The notes under the pieces were generated by a model, which saw only the letters and a list, made by a program, of their open reading frames with translations, was not told where the DNA came from and did no database searches. Shown here one piece after another: positions 1 through 9,063 of a DNA stretch of 64,000 nucleotides (position 1 is its first letter; every line of letters begins with the position of its first letter). The translations under genes were made by a program, and so were the position numbers. The stretch comes from Methanoregula sp. (GTDB lineage Archaea; Halobacteriota; Methanomicrobia; Methanomicrobiales; Methanospirillaceae), in the NCBI GenBank assembly GCA_052325125.1, contig JBKQWO010000028.1; one strand, written 5' to 3'.

Positions 1-819
1 ATCCTCCCCGCATACCTGCTGGAGATTCACCATGCTCAGCGCGAGACGATCCGCAAGAAACGGCCGGAATTCCTCCATCATGTCCAGCGCAAGGCTTGCC
101 CTTCCGGGCCGGTCGGTATGGAAGAACCCGACATACGGATCGAGCCCTACGGTCTCCAGTGCCGATTCCACATCGTGGGCAAGGAGCGTGTAGAGAAATG
201 ATAGAAGGGCATTCATATTGTCGCGGGGCGGCCGTCGGTTTCTTTCCCGGACAAAGAACGTATCTTTCTGTTTGAGGATCAGTTCGTCCATTACATCGAA
301 ATAAAATTTCGCGCAGTTCCCTTCGATGCCCCGCAACGCATCGGCATTGGGGCACTCCTCAATCTTCGACAGGTTCTCTATCAGGAGATAATCTGCATTC
401 CTGATAGATTCGCACCGGATTGTATCGCCATGATCCCGGATGCTTCTCCCAAGAACCGTCCGGCAATTGACGATCTTCGCAGTGATGAAACATCTGGCGA
501 TATCCAGTGATGCCCCGGTGTCATCAGCAATACGGTACTGGGTACGCCTGAGCAGAACATTTCCCCGTACGCGGCCATTCACCCGGCCCATAAATTTTCC
601 ATAGGGTGTGAGAAACGAAAGCCCGACATTATTGTCCGTGCACAACTGCATCAGCTGAGGGCTCGCTCCCATGTAGCCAAAACAGACAATTCCTTCGATG
701 TTATGGATGGGGATCCGGAAACGCTCATCGCTGCCGACTTTCACGATAACATTCTCACCGTCGCGGTGCAGGAAGGATTCCGGGGTCGTGACATAGAGGG
801 TGTTGAGCAGTTTTCTCAT
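1..819 (-). CDS. cas1: CRISPR-associated endonuclease Cas1 (N-terminal 273 codons; the gene continues past the left window edge)
   Basis: Absent from the ORF track because it is open at the window edge. My reverse-complement translation from the ATG at 819-817 gives MRKLLNTLYVTTPESFLHRDGENVIVKV...RRPPRDNMNALLSFLYTLLAHDVESALETVGLDPYVGFFHTDRPGRASLALDMMEEFRP, 273 codons with no stop. These are Cas1 hallmark motifs, and the gene sits downstream of cas4. Confidence 0.9.
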   Translation of the reverse strand, partial: MRKLLNTLYVTTPESFLHRDGENVIVKVGSDERFRIPIHNIEGIVCFGYMGASPQLMQLCTDNNVGLSFLTPYGKFMGRVNGRVRGNVLLRRTQYRIADDTGASLDIARCFITAKIVNCRTVLGRSIRDHGDTIRCESIRNADYLLIENLSKIEECPNADALRGIEGNCAKFYFDVMDELILKQKDTFFVRERNRRPPRDNMNALLSFLYTLLAHDVESALETVGLDPYVGFFHTDRPGRASLALDMMEEFRPFLADRLALSMVNLQQVCGED

Positions 820-870
820 TGCATCCACACCCCTTGATGGCATCGAATTCCTACTGCAATAGGCAGGCAC

Positions 871-1557
871 TCACAGGTCAAGAGCACACGCCTCCCGGAT
901 ATGTCTCCCGATATAATTCCGTACCGGACTTTTCTTCTTTGTCAGTTTCGGAACACAGATATCGACAAGGGAGCAGAGGGCACAGTTCTTTCCGGCTTCC
1001 GCTTCCGGCGTAATCCCATTCCGGAAAATCGTATGCATTTCATCGGCAAGCGATCGTACCGTGCTGCGCAGATCATCCGTGATGGCAAGGTGTTGTCTCC
1101 TGCGGATCTCATTGTAATAGAAATCGGCTGAGTCAATCCGGATGCCAAACATCTCTTCAAGGCACATGACCTGTGCACAGAGCTGGACCTCGTCACGCTC
1201 ATCGATCTTCGGTTTTCCCCGTTTGTACTCCACGGGTTTCATCAGCCACAGCCCTTCATGATCGGGAATCGGGATTCCGTGATCAGATCGGGTGTACTCG
1301 ATCACATCCGCAATACCGGTAAGTCCGAGCGTGTACGAGACAAGAGGATATGCACGGGAGATAACAACATCTCCCCGTGACTCGTTGAAGAACGGATCAT
1401 CGACCCGCTCATGAACGAAATGCCCCTCCTGTGTGCGGAGATTTTCCTGCCACTGCTGTTCGACATGGATCAGCGCCCACTGCCGCCTGCAGAAACAAAA
1501 ATGCTGGATACCGGATAACGAGAGCAGCTCGTCATCGGTATATCGGGGTCCACTCAT
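871..1557 (-). CDS. cas4: CRISPR-associated exonuclease Cas4 (RecB-like, Fe-S cluster)
   Basis: ORF 871..1695 trimmed to the internal ATG (MSGPRYTDDELLSLSGIQHFCFCRRQW...), which overlaps the cas7 stop as ATGA at 1554-1557. It has the RecB nuclease core (PVEYKRGKP) and a C-terminal Cys cluster (CALCSLVDIC) plus an N-terminal Cys, as in Cas4. Confidence 0.85.
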   Translation of the reverse strand: MSGPRYTDDELLSLSGIQHFCFCRRQWALIHVEQQWQENLRTQEGHFVHERVDDPFFNESRGDVVISRAYPLVSYTLGLTGIADVIEYTRSDHGIPIPDHEGLWLMKPVEYKRGKPKIDERDEVQLCAQVMCLEEMFGIRIDSADFYYNEIRRRQHLAITDDLRSTVRSLADEMHTIFRNGITPEAEAGKNCALCSLVDICVPKLTKKKSPVRNYIGRHIREACALDL

Positions 1558-2435
1558 AACTTTTCGACAACCTCGACTCCCTTGGGAACATCTTTTGCTA
1601 CCGTGACTTTGTAATCCGCAAACGAACGCGGCGGAAGATCTTTTGATAACCGTTCGACTTTGATCTTGTCGAACAGGATATGCGACTGGCAGCACCCGAG
1701 TTCGCTGTCATGCTTGAAGACGATCAGTTTCCTTGCGGACATTTTCCCTCTCGCAGCGGAATGGTCGTGCTCGAACATGTTTACGAGGCTCTCCCAGAGA
1801 AGGGCAAGATCTTCTTCGGAGAAGCCGGTACCTACTGTTTTTTTACCTTTGTCAATTTTTGCCAAATTAGCAGAAATATAGCCCTCGGCACGATAGAGAC
1901 CATACGGTACGATCTGTTTCTTCCCCATTGTCTGATTTTTAGTATCAGTTTCCTTTTCATTGGTTACCGCACAGCGTGTGATCGTGACCTCCTGCTGAAA
2001 GATCGGATCCTGACTCCGAGCGAAATTTAGCTGTACTGGACCCCGTACTTGACCGAAATTCGCTTCCTTTCCAACCATTACAGCACCGAAGGTACGAACA
2101 TCAAAAAAGTTTTTACACATGAATTGGATCAATTCCAAAGCTTCTTCCTTTTTCGGATTTTTTGTATCCTTAACCTTAACTGCTGTATATGCCTTCTTAT
2201 TTTGATTGTCAAGAACAGATCCAGAACGGACATATATATCATATCCATCTGCGCCCTGTTTCACCAGATCAACATAATCGCGAATCTTCCGCTTAAGACA
2301 GACATCAGTTACGATTCCATATCCTGTCTGGGGATCAATTCGTGGCATATTTCCCATATCGGGATCTCCGTTCGGGTTTCCGTTTTCGACATCGAACAAT
2401 AATACAAACTCATAACGGTTTTTTATTTCACTCAT
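1554..2435 (-). CDS. cas7: Cas7 backbone subunit, type I-C (Csd2 family)
   Basis: 293 aa. The N-terminus MSEIKNRYEFVLLFDVENGNPNGDPDMGNMPRIDP and the FDVRTFGAV motif are typical of Csd2/Cas7. It lies between cas8c and cas4. Confidence 0.9.
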   Translation of the reverse strand: MSEIKNRYEFVLLFDVENGNPNGDPDMGNMPRIDPQTGYGIVTDVCLKRKIRDYVDLVKQGADGYDIYVRSGSVLDNQNKKAYTAVKVKDTKNPKKEEALELIQFMCKNFFDVRTFGAVMVGKEANFGQVRGPVQLNFARSQDPIFQQEVTITRCAVTNEKETDTKNQTMGKKQIVPYGLYRAEGYISANLAKIDKGKKTVGTGFSEEDLALLWESLVNMFEHDHSAARGKMSARKLIVFKHDSELGCCQSHILFDKIKVERLSKDLPPRSFADYKVTVAKDVPKGVEVVEKL

Positions 2436-4330
2436 GGTTTTTCCTCCTTTGAATTTTGATCGGTTTCCTCACTTTTCCTGAAGTGCCGCTGATGATAATA
2501 TCCCAACATGAACATACCTTGATCCTCAAGATTGAGATATGGTGGAACCTTATCAACTGATGAAATAATTTCACTGTTTAATTTTGAGAAATATGTCTCT
2601 AATTTGGGTTTTTCGGATTTTATTTTCGACAAATGATGTTGATTGAGTTTCATTAAAATTGGGAAAACAATTGCAGGCGATGATGATGCACTCGCAAAAT
2701 AACTATCTCGAATTGTTCTCTTTATCCCAGACTTAGGATTATCTGGATCTTTATGTGCTGTAATCTGTGCAAATTCCATGACTGCGAATAATCTTCCAAG
2801 ACGATACGGTATATTAGTACTTTCTTCGTTAAGACTCACGGTAATCAAATCCTCTTTCAAGTTAGTCAAGCCGGCTCGGCTCATTCTCAACAGGTAGGCT
2901 TTGATGAATCCTGCCTGAACGTAATCCGGGCGACTCAAAGATTTTTCATCATCGATCCGAGGAATTTTCACACGCTTCATAATCGAAGTATACATTTGAA
3001 TTGGGTACTGTCGATTGGTGAGGATCGCTCTGATGAGAGTATCTTCAAGCAATGGGGGGATCTTTTTAAGTTGTGATTCTGAAAAACCCGAATCTTGATT
3101 GTCCCCTTTTTTTGTCCGGGATTTATTTCCTTTTTGGTGGGGGAGAGTCGCTAATAACAACCTGAAAAATGAGATGTTCCTTGGGCCCCGATTGCCAATT
3201 TCCATATCGAGATGATGTCTGGCGATGTGGGTAATAAAATTCCCAAATGTATCCTGATACCAAAATTGAACGATATTTCTTCCTTTATTGGAAGAAAGGC
3301 CGATTATAAAAAAATTTGTTTTTTCTAGGTCAAATTTATCCTTCAAATTCTGGCCCGTCTTCACCTTGATGAGGATATCATTAATCAGCTGTTCCGTATC
3401 AAAATCTTCTTCTGTAGCAGAATTATTATTGATCAATCCCGTTACGAGACTTCCGATATTTTCTTTCGTTTCGGCCCAAAAGACAATTACTGTATCACCG
3501 ATTTGAATTTTGTTCTCGCTTTTCGGTCTCAAGAGATAATTGAGGGCTATCGTATATTTTACCATTGAGTTTTTTCCTACCGGGGCGTTCTCTCCCTGTT
3601 CCCTTCCGTACGAACAGAATGCCGGGTCGTTGAAACTTACAAGAGGTGCTTTGACTTTTGGATCCACATTGATCGGGTTATGTCTCCGAGCGATACTTTC
3701 AATTTTACCGGTAACAAGACATTGTCCATAGATTTGATTTTCTTCCGAACTTTCATTGAAATAATTCATCCAGACGTTTTGTGAAAATGGTTTTTCATGG
3801 AGATATCCCTCTCCTATTCTAAAAACAAAATTGGTATTGTTATCGAATAGTTCAAGATTTCTAATCACTAGAGGATTATCGTGAAAGGATTCGGGTCTCC
3901 AATTGTCGAGAAATTTTAAGAAACTGATGATTTCAGGCATACTGTTGTCGTTAAAAAGGTCATGATGAAATTTTTTAAAAGCCTCGAAACATGCCTTCGA
4001 ATTTTTGGTCACCCTATATTTCGATACTATATCCTCTTTCTGTTGTTTGTCGGTTTCTTGTGTTTTCTCTATTCCGAAAACGTACTTCAGATTATCACGT
4101 AGGAAGAAAGGAGTTTTATCCGATGAACGGGATTGCTTGAAGGGAACATTCATTGAAATCGGTTTTGGTTTTTTCCCCCCAGTTCTTTGGTCTATAATTC
4201 CTTCGAGCGATCCTTCGTCAGAAATTTCCAGAACGAATGATATCGGCACGCTGCTGTACCCGGGTCGCGGAAGATCAGGATTATTATCACTTAATATATC
4301 GTAATAACGACATAACGCTTGGAGGATCAT
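2432..4330 (-). CDS. cas8c: Cas8c large subunit, type I-C (Csd1 family)
   Basis: ORF 2432..4354. The preferred start is M9 (MILQALCRYYDIL..., the usual Csd1 N-terminus) because its ATG overlaps the cas5 stop as ATGA at 4327-4330. Its size (632 aa) and its position between cas5 and cas7 fit Cas8c. Confidence 0.8.
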   Translation of the reverse strand: MILQALCRYYDILSDNNPDLPRPGYSSVPISFVLEISDEGSLEGIIDQRTGGKKPKPISMNVPFKQSRSSDKTPFFLRDNLKYVFGIEKTQETDKQQKEDIVSKYRVTKNSKACFEAFKKFHHDLFNDNSMPEIISFLKFLDNWRPESFHDNPLVIRNLELFDNNTNFVFRIGEGYLHEKPFSQNVWMNYFNESSEENQIYGQCLVTGKIESIARRHNPINVDPKVKAPLVSFNDPAFCSYGREQGENAPVGKNSMVKYTIALNYLLRPKSENKIQIGDTVIVFWAETKENIGSLVTGLINNNSATEEDFDTEQLINDILIKVKTGQNLKDKFDLEKTNFFIIGLSSNKGRNIVQFWYQDTFGNFITHIARHHLDMEIGNRGPRNISFFRLLLATLPHQKGNKSRTKKGDNQDSGFSESQLKKIPPLLEDTLIRAILTNRQYPIQMYTSIMKRVKIPRIDDEKSLSRPDYVQAGFIKAYLLRMSRAGLTNLKEDLITVSLNEESTNIPYRLGRLFAVMEFAQITAHKDPDNPKSGIKRTIRDSYFASASSSPAIVFPILMKLNQHHLSKIKSEKPKLETYFSKLNSEIISSVDKVPPYLNLEDQGMFMLGYYHQRHFRKSEETDQNSKEEKP

Positions 4331-5013
4331 GAGAACGAACCCTCTTGTTTGCATTTGTTAATATCGATCACACCATCGATCATCTTGGCTCTGAAGAAAA
4401 CTGCACGAATATTATCGGTATTCGTAAAATCCAAGTCCCAAAGCATCACCCCGAAATCTTTGGTTCCTTCCTTCAATCCATGGTATTGTGATTTGGGAAC
4501 CTCTCCATCAATTAATTCAAAATTCGCCGGGAACTCCCTACATCCGAAATAGGGTTGATGAAAAAATTGACCTTTTCGCATCCTTCTAAGTGCGATATTA
4601 TAATGTTTCTCCACAGTTTCCTCTCGACCGGCCTTATTTGTCAGCTCAAAATGTGCTTCGATGTAATAGCAGATATCACGAAGAATTATCGATGCTCGTT
4701 GAACAGCTTCCTTATCGGGGTCTTGGGAAAGCATAACTTCTTCACCGTTCATCGCTTTTTTTATCTTATCTTTTGGGATTTTTCCCGGGCGTTCATTTCT
4801 TCGAATGTTATCAAATTTTATCGGATTCATAACGTGAATCTTATCGATAATCCAAACTATTTCCGGTTTCCAATAGATCGCTTCAAGAATCCCCCTTGCG
4901 GACGATGGAGTCATCACATCATAACTGACCCTTTCTGATTTTAATTCCGGTCGCGTAAAGCAAGCATAATCTCCCCAAACTTTAAGGATAATACCATATC
5001 CGATATCCATCAC
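4327..5013 (-). CDS. cas5: Cas5, type I-C (Cas5d-like, expected pre-crRNA endoribonuclease)
   Basis: 228 aa. LKVWGDYACFTRPELKSERVSYDVMTPSSARGILEAIYWKPE is the Cas5d-type N-terminus. It directly follows cas3, and no cas6 is present in the operon. Confidence 0.85.
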   Translation of the reverse strand: MMDIGYGIILKVWGDYACFTRPELKSERVSYDVMTPSSARGILEAIYWKPEIVWIIDKIHVMNPIKFDNIRRNERPGKIPKDKIKKAMNGEEVMLSQDPDKEAVQRASIILRDICYYIEAHFELTNKAGREETVEKHYNIALRRMRKGQFFHQPYFGCREFPANFELIDGEVPKSQYHGLKEGTKDFGVMLWDLDFTNTDNIRAVFFRAKMIDGVIDINKCKQEGSFS

Positions 5014-5018
5014 CTCCT

Positions 5019-7214
5019 TCAGTAATTTAAGAATGGCATTTCCATCCGATTATCTTTTGCATTTAATAATCCAACATTCATATCATACCATTTTTTGTCA
5101 TTCAGAATGTGGAAACGATCTTCAACAAAATCAACTAAGTGTAATCTCTCCAACTCGTTGAATTCTATCGGAAAGATGCTAATTGTATACCCTTGAATTT
5201 TCCGGATATTCTGCCAAAGATCTTTTCCTTGACGTAGATTAGTAATTGCTGATTTGGCTTCATCATCATATGGAATGATAAGCTCTTTCGTTCCATCTTC
5301 AATCAGTTTAAACGCAGCAGATATATCCTCAAAAGGAAATTTGTAGTTTTTCGATCGTTTCTCAATCATTTTTAGGATGCCCTCTTTATCAAGACCTTCG
5401 CCCTCATAGAAATATAGTTCTTTAAAGTAATATTCAACAGAATCTAGGGAAAGAATATCATCATCTTCAAATTTTTTTATCGTTTTTTCTCCAATTGATG
5501 CAATTCGTCTTTGCCAAGAGGTTTCAGATATGGCATCATCGTCATTAGACCTGAAAATGAAAACCTCCCCACATGGCAATTTCCCTTCACGGTTGCACCT
5601 GCCGGCAGCCTGTGCAACCGAATCGATACCGGTCATGGTCCGGTACACAACCGGGAAATCGATATCGACACCGGCCTCGATCAGCTGCGTTGAGATGACC
5701 CGGCAGTCCTTCCCCTCGCGAAGCCGGGTCTTGATCTCTGCGATCTTTTTCCTGCGATGAACCGGGCACATACGGGCACTGAGATGATAGCAATTTTCGG
5801 AGTCTTTGATCGCATCGTACAGTTTCTTTGCATGGTTTCGGGTATTCACAATACAGAGAACCTGCCGGTGACCGGTCAGCCGGGTAGAAAGTTCCGCATC
5901 GCTGAGCGGGCCAAGATTCGTCACGTTCACCCGCTTGAAAGTTTTATACAATCGATCCGGCGATTGCATGATCTCCCGGGGCCGGGCTTTTTCATCGAGC
6001 AGATCCCCCAGTCGCGGTTGTGTCGCGGTACAAATCACGACCGTTGCGCCAAAGTTGCGTACAAGTTCCGACAATGCCGCAAGACAGGGAAGCAGGTACC
6101 CGGTGGGGAGCATCTGCGCCTCGTCAAGGATGATGACGCTCTTTGCGAGATTGTGCAGTTTGCGGCAGCGGGAGCGTCGGTTGGAAAAGAGCGATTCAAA
6201 GAACTGGACATTGGTAGTGACAACGATAGGCATGTCCCAGTTTTCAGTTGAGAGCATGAGTGACTCGCATACAGGATCATCATTCCCATGCTTCACGGTT
6301 GCCGGATCAAAATTGCTGTGATGCTCCAGCACATTCCGGCTCCCAAAAATGTTCCGGAACACTTCCGCGTTCTGTTCGATGATGCTGGTATACGGGATAA
6401 TATAGAAGATCCGTTTCAGGTCATGGGTCCTGATATGTTCAAGCGCAAAGGCCATTGAGGAAAGTGTTTTTCCTCCGCCGGTCGGGACGGTCAGGCTGAA
6501 AATACCGGGTGGCAGCGAGCCGGCATTGACGCATTGCTCAAAAATTTCCTGCCGTTCGCGGTTGATGAGTGTATCTTTCGCATCGGAACGTATTTCCTGC
6601 ATGTGGGCTTCGAATTTCCTGTTCAGGATCGCAAACGATTCGTAATTCCCACGGGATGAAGATTTTCCAGGAGAACAGAATTTTTCTGTGTCGAGTGAAT
6701 CTGCATCCACAAGGCAGGAGTAAAGCATCCGCGTAAAGAATGAAACACAAAAGCCGGTTTTATGCGGAAATGGGTGTAACCTGAAAGGCCCGATTGCCTG
6801 CGTGTCAATCGAAATCTCCGTGTGGTACGCAGAATAATCCGGAATTTTCACCTTCTGCAATCGTTCGCAAAGTCCTCCTTCAGCGCTCCCGTAATTCAAA
6901 AGACCCCCGTGATGACCGGCAACAAGGTAGGCAAACATCAACCCTGCAGGGTACTGGTCATTTTTGAACAGCCGGGTTCCCTCAATCGCTCCGCCTGTTG
7001 AGTGATCAACGGAGATCTTCTCTCCTTCGAGACGTTTCTGGAATTCACGGGAATATTTTCCAAGATCGTGAAGGAGCCCGCTGGCATATGCAAGGTCGCC
7101 GGCAGAAAAATCATCCGCAAAAGTCCGGGACAAGTGCCCGACATTAATCAGATGATCCCGGAGGTTTTGCCAGTTGGATTTATCCGGGTTTTTGGTTGAG
7201 TGGGCGTAGTACAT
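5019..7214 (-). CDS. cas3: Cas3 HD nuclease / DEAH helicase
   Basis: 731 aa. It has an N-terminal HD domain (LLHDLGK, VAGHHGG) and helicase motifs PTGGGKT (I), ILDEAQ (II), CTATQP (III) and QAAGRCNR (VI). It is the first gene of the cas operon. Confidence 0.9.
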   Translation of the reverse strand: MYYAHSTKNPDKSNWQNLRDHLINVGHLSRTFADDFSAGDLAYASGLLHDLGKYSREFQKRLEGEKISVDHSTGGAIEGTRLFKNDQYPAGLMFAYLVAGHHGGLLNYGSAEGGLCERLQKVKIPDYSAYHTEISIDTQAIGPFRLHPFPHKTGFCVSFFTRMLYSCLVDADSLDTEKFCSPGKSSSRGNYESFAILNRKFEAHMQEIRSDAKDTLINRERQEIFEQCVNAGSLPPGIFSLTVPTGGGKTLSSMAFALEHIRTHDLKRIFYIIPYTSIIEQNAEVFRNIFGSRNVLEHHSNFDPATVKHGNDDPVCESLMLSTENWDMPIVVTTNVQFFESLFSNRRSRCRKLHNLAKSVIILDEAQMLPTGYLLPCLAALSELVRNFGATVVICTATQPRLGDLLDEKARPREIMQSPDRLYKTFKRVNVTNLGPLSDAELSTRLTGHRQVLCIVNTRNHAKKLYDAIKDSENCYHLSARMCPVHRRKKIAEIKTRLREGKDCRVISTQLIEAGVDIDFPVVYRTMTGIDSVAQAAGRCNREGKLPCGEVFIFRSNDDDAISETSWQRRIASIGEKTIKKFEDDDILSLDSVEYYFKELYFYEGEGLDKEGILKMIEKRSKNYKFPFEDISAAFKLIEDGTKELIIPYDDEAKSAITNLRQGKDLWQNIRKIQGYTISIFPIEFNELERLHLVDFVEDRFHILNDKKWYDMNVGLLNAKDNRMEMPFLNY

Positions 7215-8048
7215 GATTCATTCTTCTATGATGATGTGGTCGGATCATTCGCAGCAGATTATACTATGATGAATAATTTTTTGTGGCTATCCTTAACCTT
7301 TAATATTACTTCACGCACCGTGAAAGTAAAAATCATACCAAATGAGGTATCCCGGGAACGATCTCAAAACCCCCCCTTCTTTTCATTTCCCTGTGCCAGA
7401 GTCCGATCCGGAGGGAGATCCGCCTCCCAAAAGCGTACATTAGCGTTTAATCGGAGCACGTTTTACCCGTAAATATGGCAATCTGGGGACAATACGACCG
7501 AATCCCAAAATTTTGTGCAAAACTGCACCCGTTTTGTACACTTTTTCGCGTATCGCCGCACCGGCAGGGTGGGAGGAGGATCGATTCTCCGACGGAGACT
7601 GCCCCCCGGCACCGGTCTTGGTGATCCTGCATATTTCATGAGTCCGGGGCCCTTTTCCCGTTTCCACGTCCTCCAGCCCATCAGGAAAAAGATCGCCCCG
7701 CCATTTGGGCCTGTTTGGTCTCTTTTTTACGCCCGCCAACCCGATCAATCCATCAAACTGACGATATTTCGGGGTTTTTGCAAAACAATAGGCCCCCTTT
7801 TTCGCGATTTCGTCCCCCAAAATCCACCGGACTGCTTAATCCGGACCCTTTAGAGCCCCCGTTTCCCGGCATTCCCTGGTCGGGCACCGTAGGTTTTCAG
7901 GGAGCAGTAATCTGGGGACTGCCCTGGTTCAAACAAAATTCTCCGTTATGAAATCTCCCGGATACCTTTTGCGGCCTCATATCTTCGCTCTGGCGAATCC
8001 ACATCCAACCGGCACCTTTTAATAAGAAACGGCCGCTGGAAGGCTGCT

Positions 8049-8128
8049 ATTTAGTGCCTCACATCTCCGACGTGAGAATGCCCTTTTGATCCCGAATTAG
8101 TGCCTGTTTTTGGGGAATTAGTGTCTCC
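8049..8128. repeat. three copies of the short direct repeat AATTAGTGYCT; function unknown
   Basis: The copies are atttagtgcctc at 8049-8060, aattagtgcctg at 8095-8106 and aattagtgtctc at 8117-8128. They lie 190-270 nt upstream of the MNT start. Confidence 0.5.
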
Positions 8129-8318
8129 CGGCCGGAAAATGAGGGTGATCGGAATCCAAAACGGGCCCGGAATACTTCATGTCACAAGGGATCCGGCATT
8201 TCGGGATCCCTTCCCCGTTAGCTTCTCCCCTGGTGCCATCCATACCCTTATGTTGACCGGTTGCCCAACAACTACTCAATCACAGAAGATCCGCAGAGGG
8301 TTAAGGAAGGGAGTGCGA

Positions 8319-8657
8319 ATGACCGGGCAGCCCGTATCGCAACAAAAAAGAAACCGTGCAGGAACGAGTCGTGCCGTAAAGAGACTCGCAGCAGCAGCCC
8401 CGGCCATCCGCCAAAAATTCGGCGTGACAAAACTCGGCATGTTCGGCTCGTTTGCCCGGGGAGAGCAGACAGCCAGAAGTGATGTCGATGTACTCGTTTG
8501 CTTTGCACCGGGATGTGCTACGCTCCATAACTTCATTTGCCTCTCGGATTATCTTGAAGCGCTGTTTAAGCGCAATGTGGATCTCCTCACGGAAGATTCG
8601 CTCTCGGATCTGATCCGGCCTTATATCGAGCGGGATGTGATCTGGATTGAAGGATGA
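8319..8657 (+). CDS. MNT-type nucleotidyltransferase (antitoxin of a HepT/MNT module)
   Basis: ORF 8100..8657 trimmed to the ATG at 8319, which is preceded by aaggaaggga. It has the nucleotidyltransferase motif GMFGSFARGEQTARSDVDVLV (GSxxRGxxxxxSDxD). It overlaps the next gene by 11 nt. Confidence 0.8.
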   Translation: MTGQPVSQQKRNRAGTSRAVKRLAAAAPAIRQKFGVTKLGMFGSFARGEQTARSDVDVLVCFAPGCATLHNFICLSDYLEALFKRNVDLLTEDSLSDLIRPYIERDVIWIEG

Positions 8658-9003
8658 CAGGATTCTTCTTATCCACATTCACCGGGAGATCGTTTTTCTT
8701 ACCACAATTAGCACCGGTCGGAAGTATGAGGACCTCTTAAGCGACGAATATTATGCCCATGCGGTAATCCGGGCAGTCGAGGTGATTGGTGAAGCCGTAA
8801 AGAACCTCTCCGCACCGCTCAAAGAGCGTCATCCCGAAATTGAATGGCGGGAGATTGCCGGCATGAGAGACAAGGTGATCCACCGGTATTTCGAGATCAA
8901 CTGGCAGATTGTCTGGAATGTCATCAATGAGAATCTTCCGGCAATTGAACCGAAGATTGCCGATCTGATAGAGGAGACTGGTGCCGTTTCCGGTACGTCA
9001 TAG
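8647..9003 (+). CDS. HepT-like (DUF86/HEPN) RNase toxin
   Basis: 118 aa with the HEPN Rx4-6H motif in GMRDKVIHRYF. The start is TTG at 8647, with no in-frame ATG nearby. It is translationally coupled to the MNT gene. Confidence 0.75.
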   Translation: MKDDRILLIHIHREIVFLTTISTGRKYEDLLSDEYYAHAVIRAVEVIGEAVKNLSAPLKERHPEIEWREIAGMRDKVIHRYFEINWQIVWNVINENLPAIEPKIADLIEETGAVSGTS

Positions 9004-9063
9004 CCTACCCGCAGGATACTCAGATATGGTACTGCAATGACAAGCCCCTTTTAAAAAATATCA

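Noticed and set aside
7215-8318. Possible CRISPR array or leader upstream of cas3, and the ORFs 7440..7820 (-) and 7515..7853 (+)
   Set aside because: No regularly spaced 28-37-nt repeats are present, so there is no array. The ORFs overlap each other on opposite strands, are Pro/Gly/Arg-rich and low complexity, and have no recognisable motifs.
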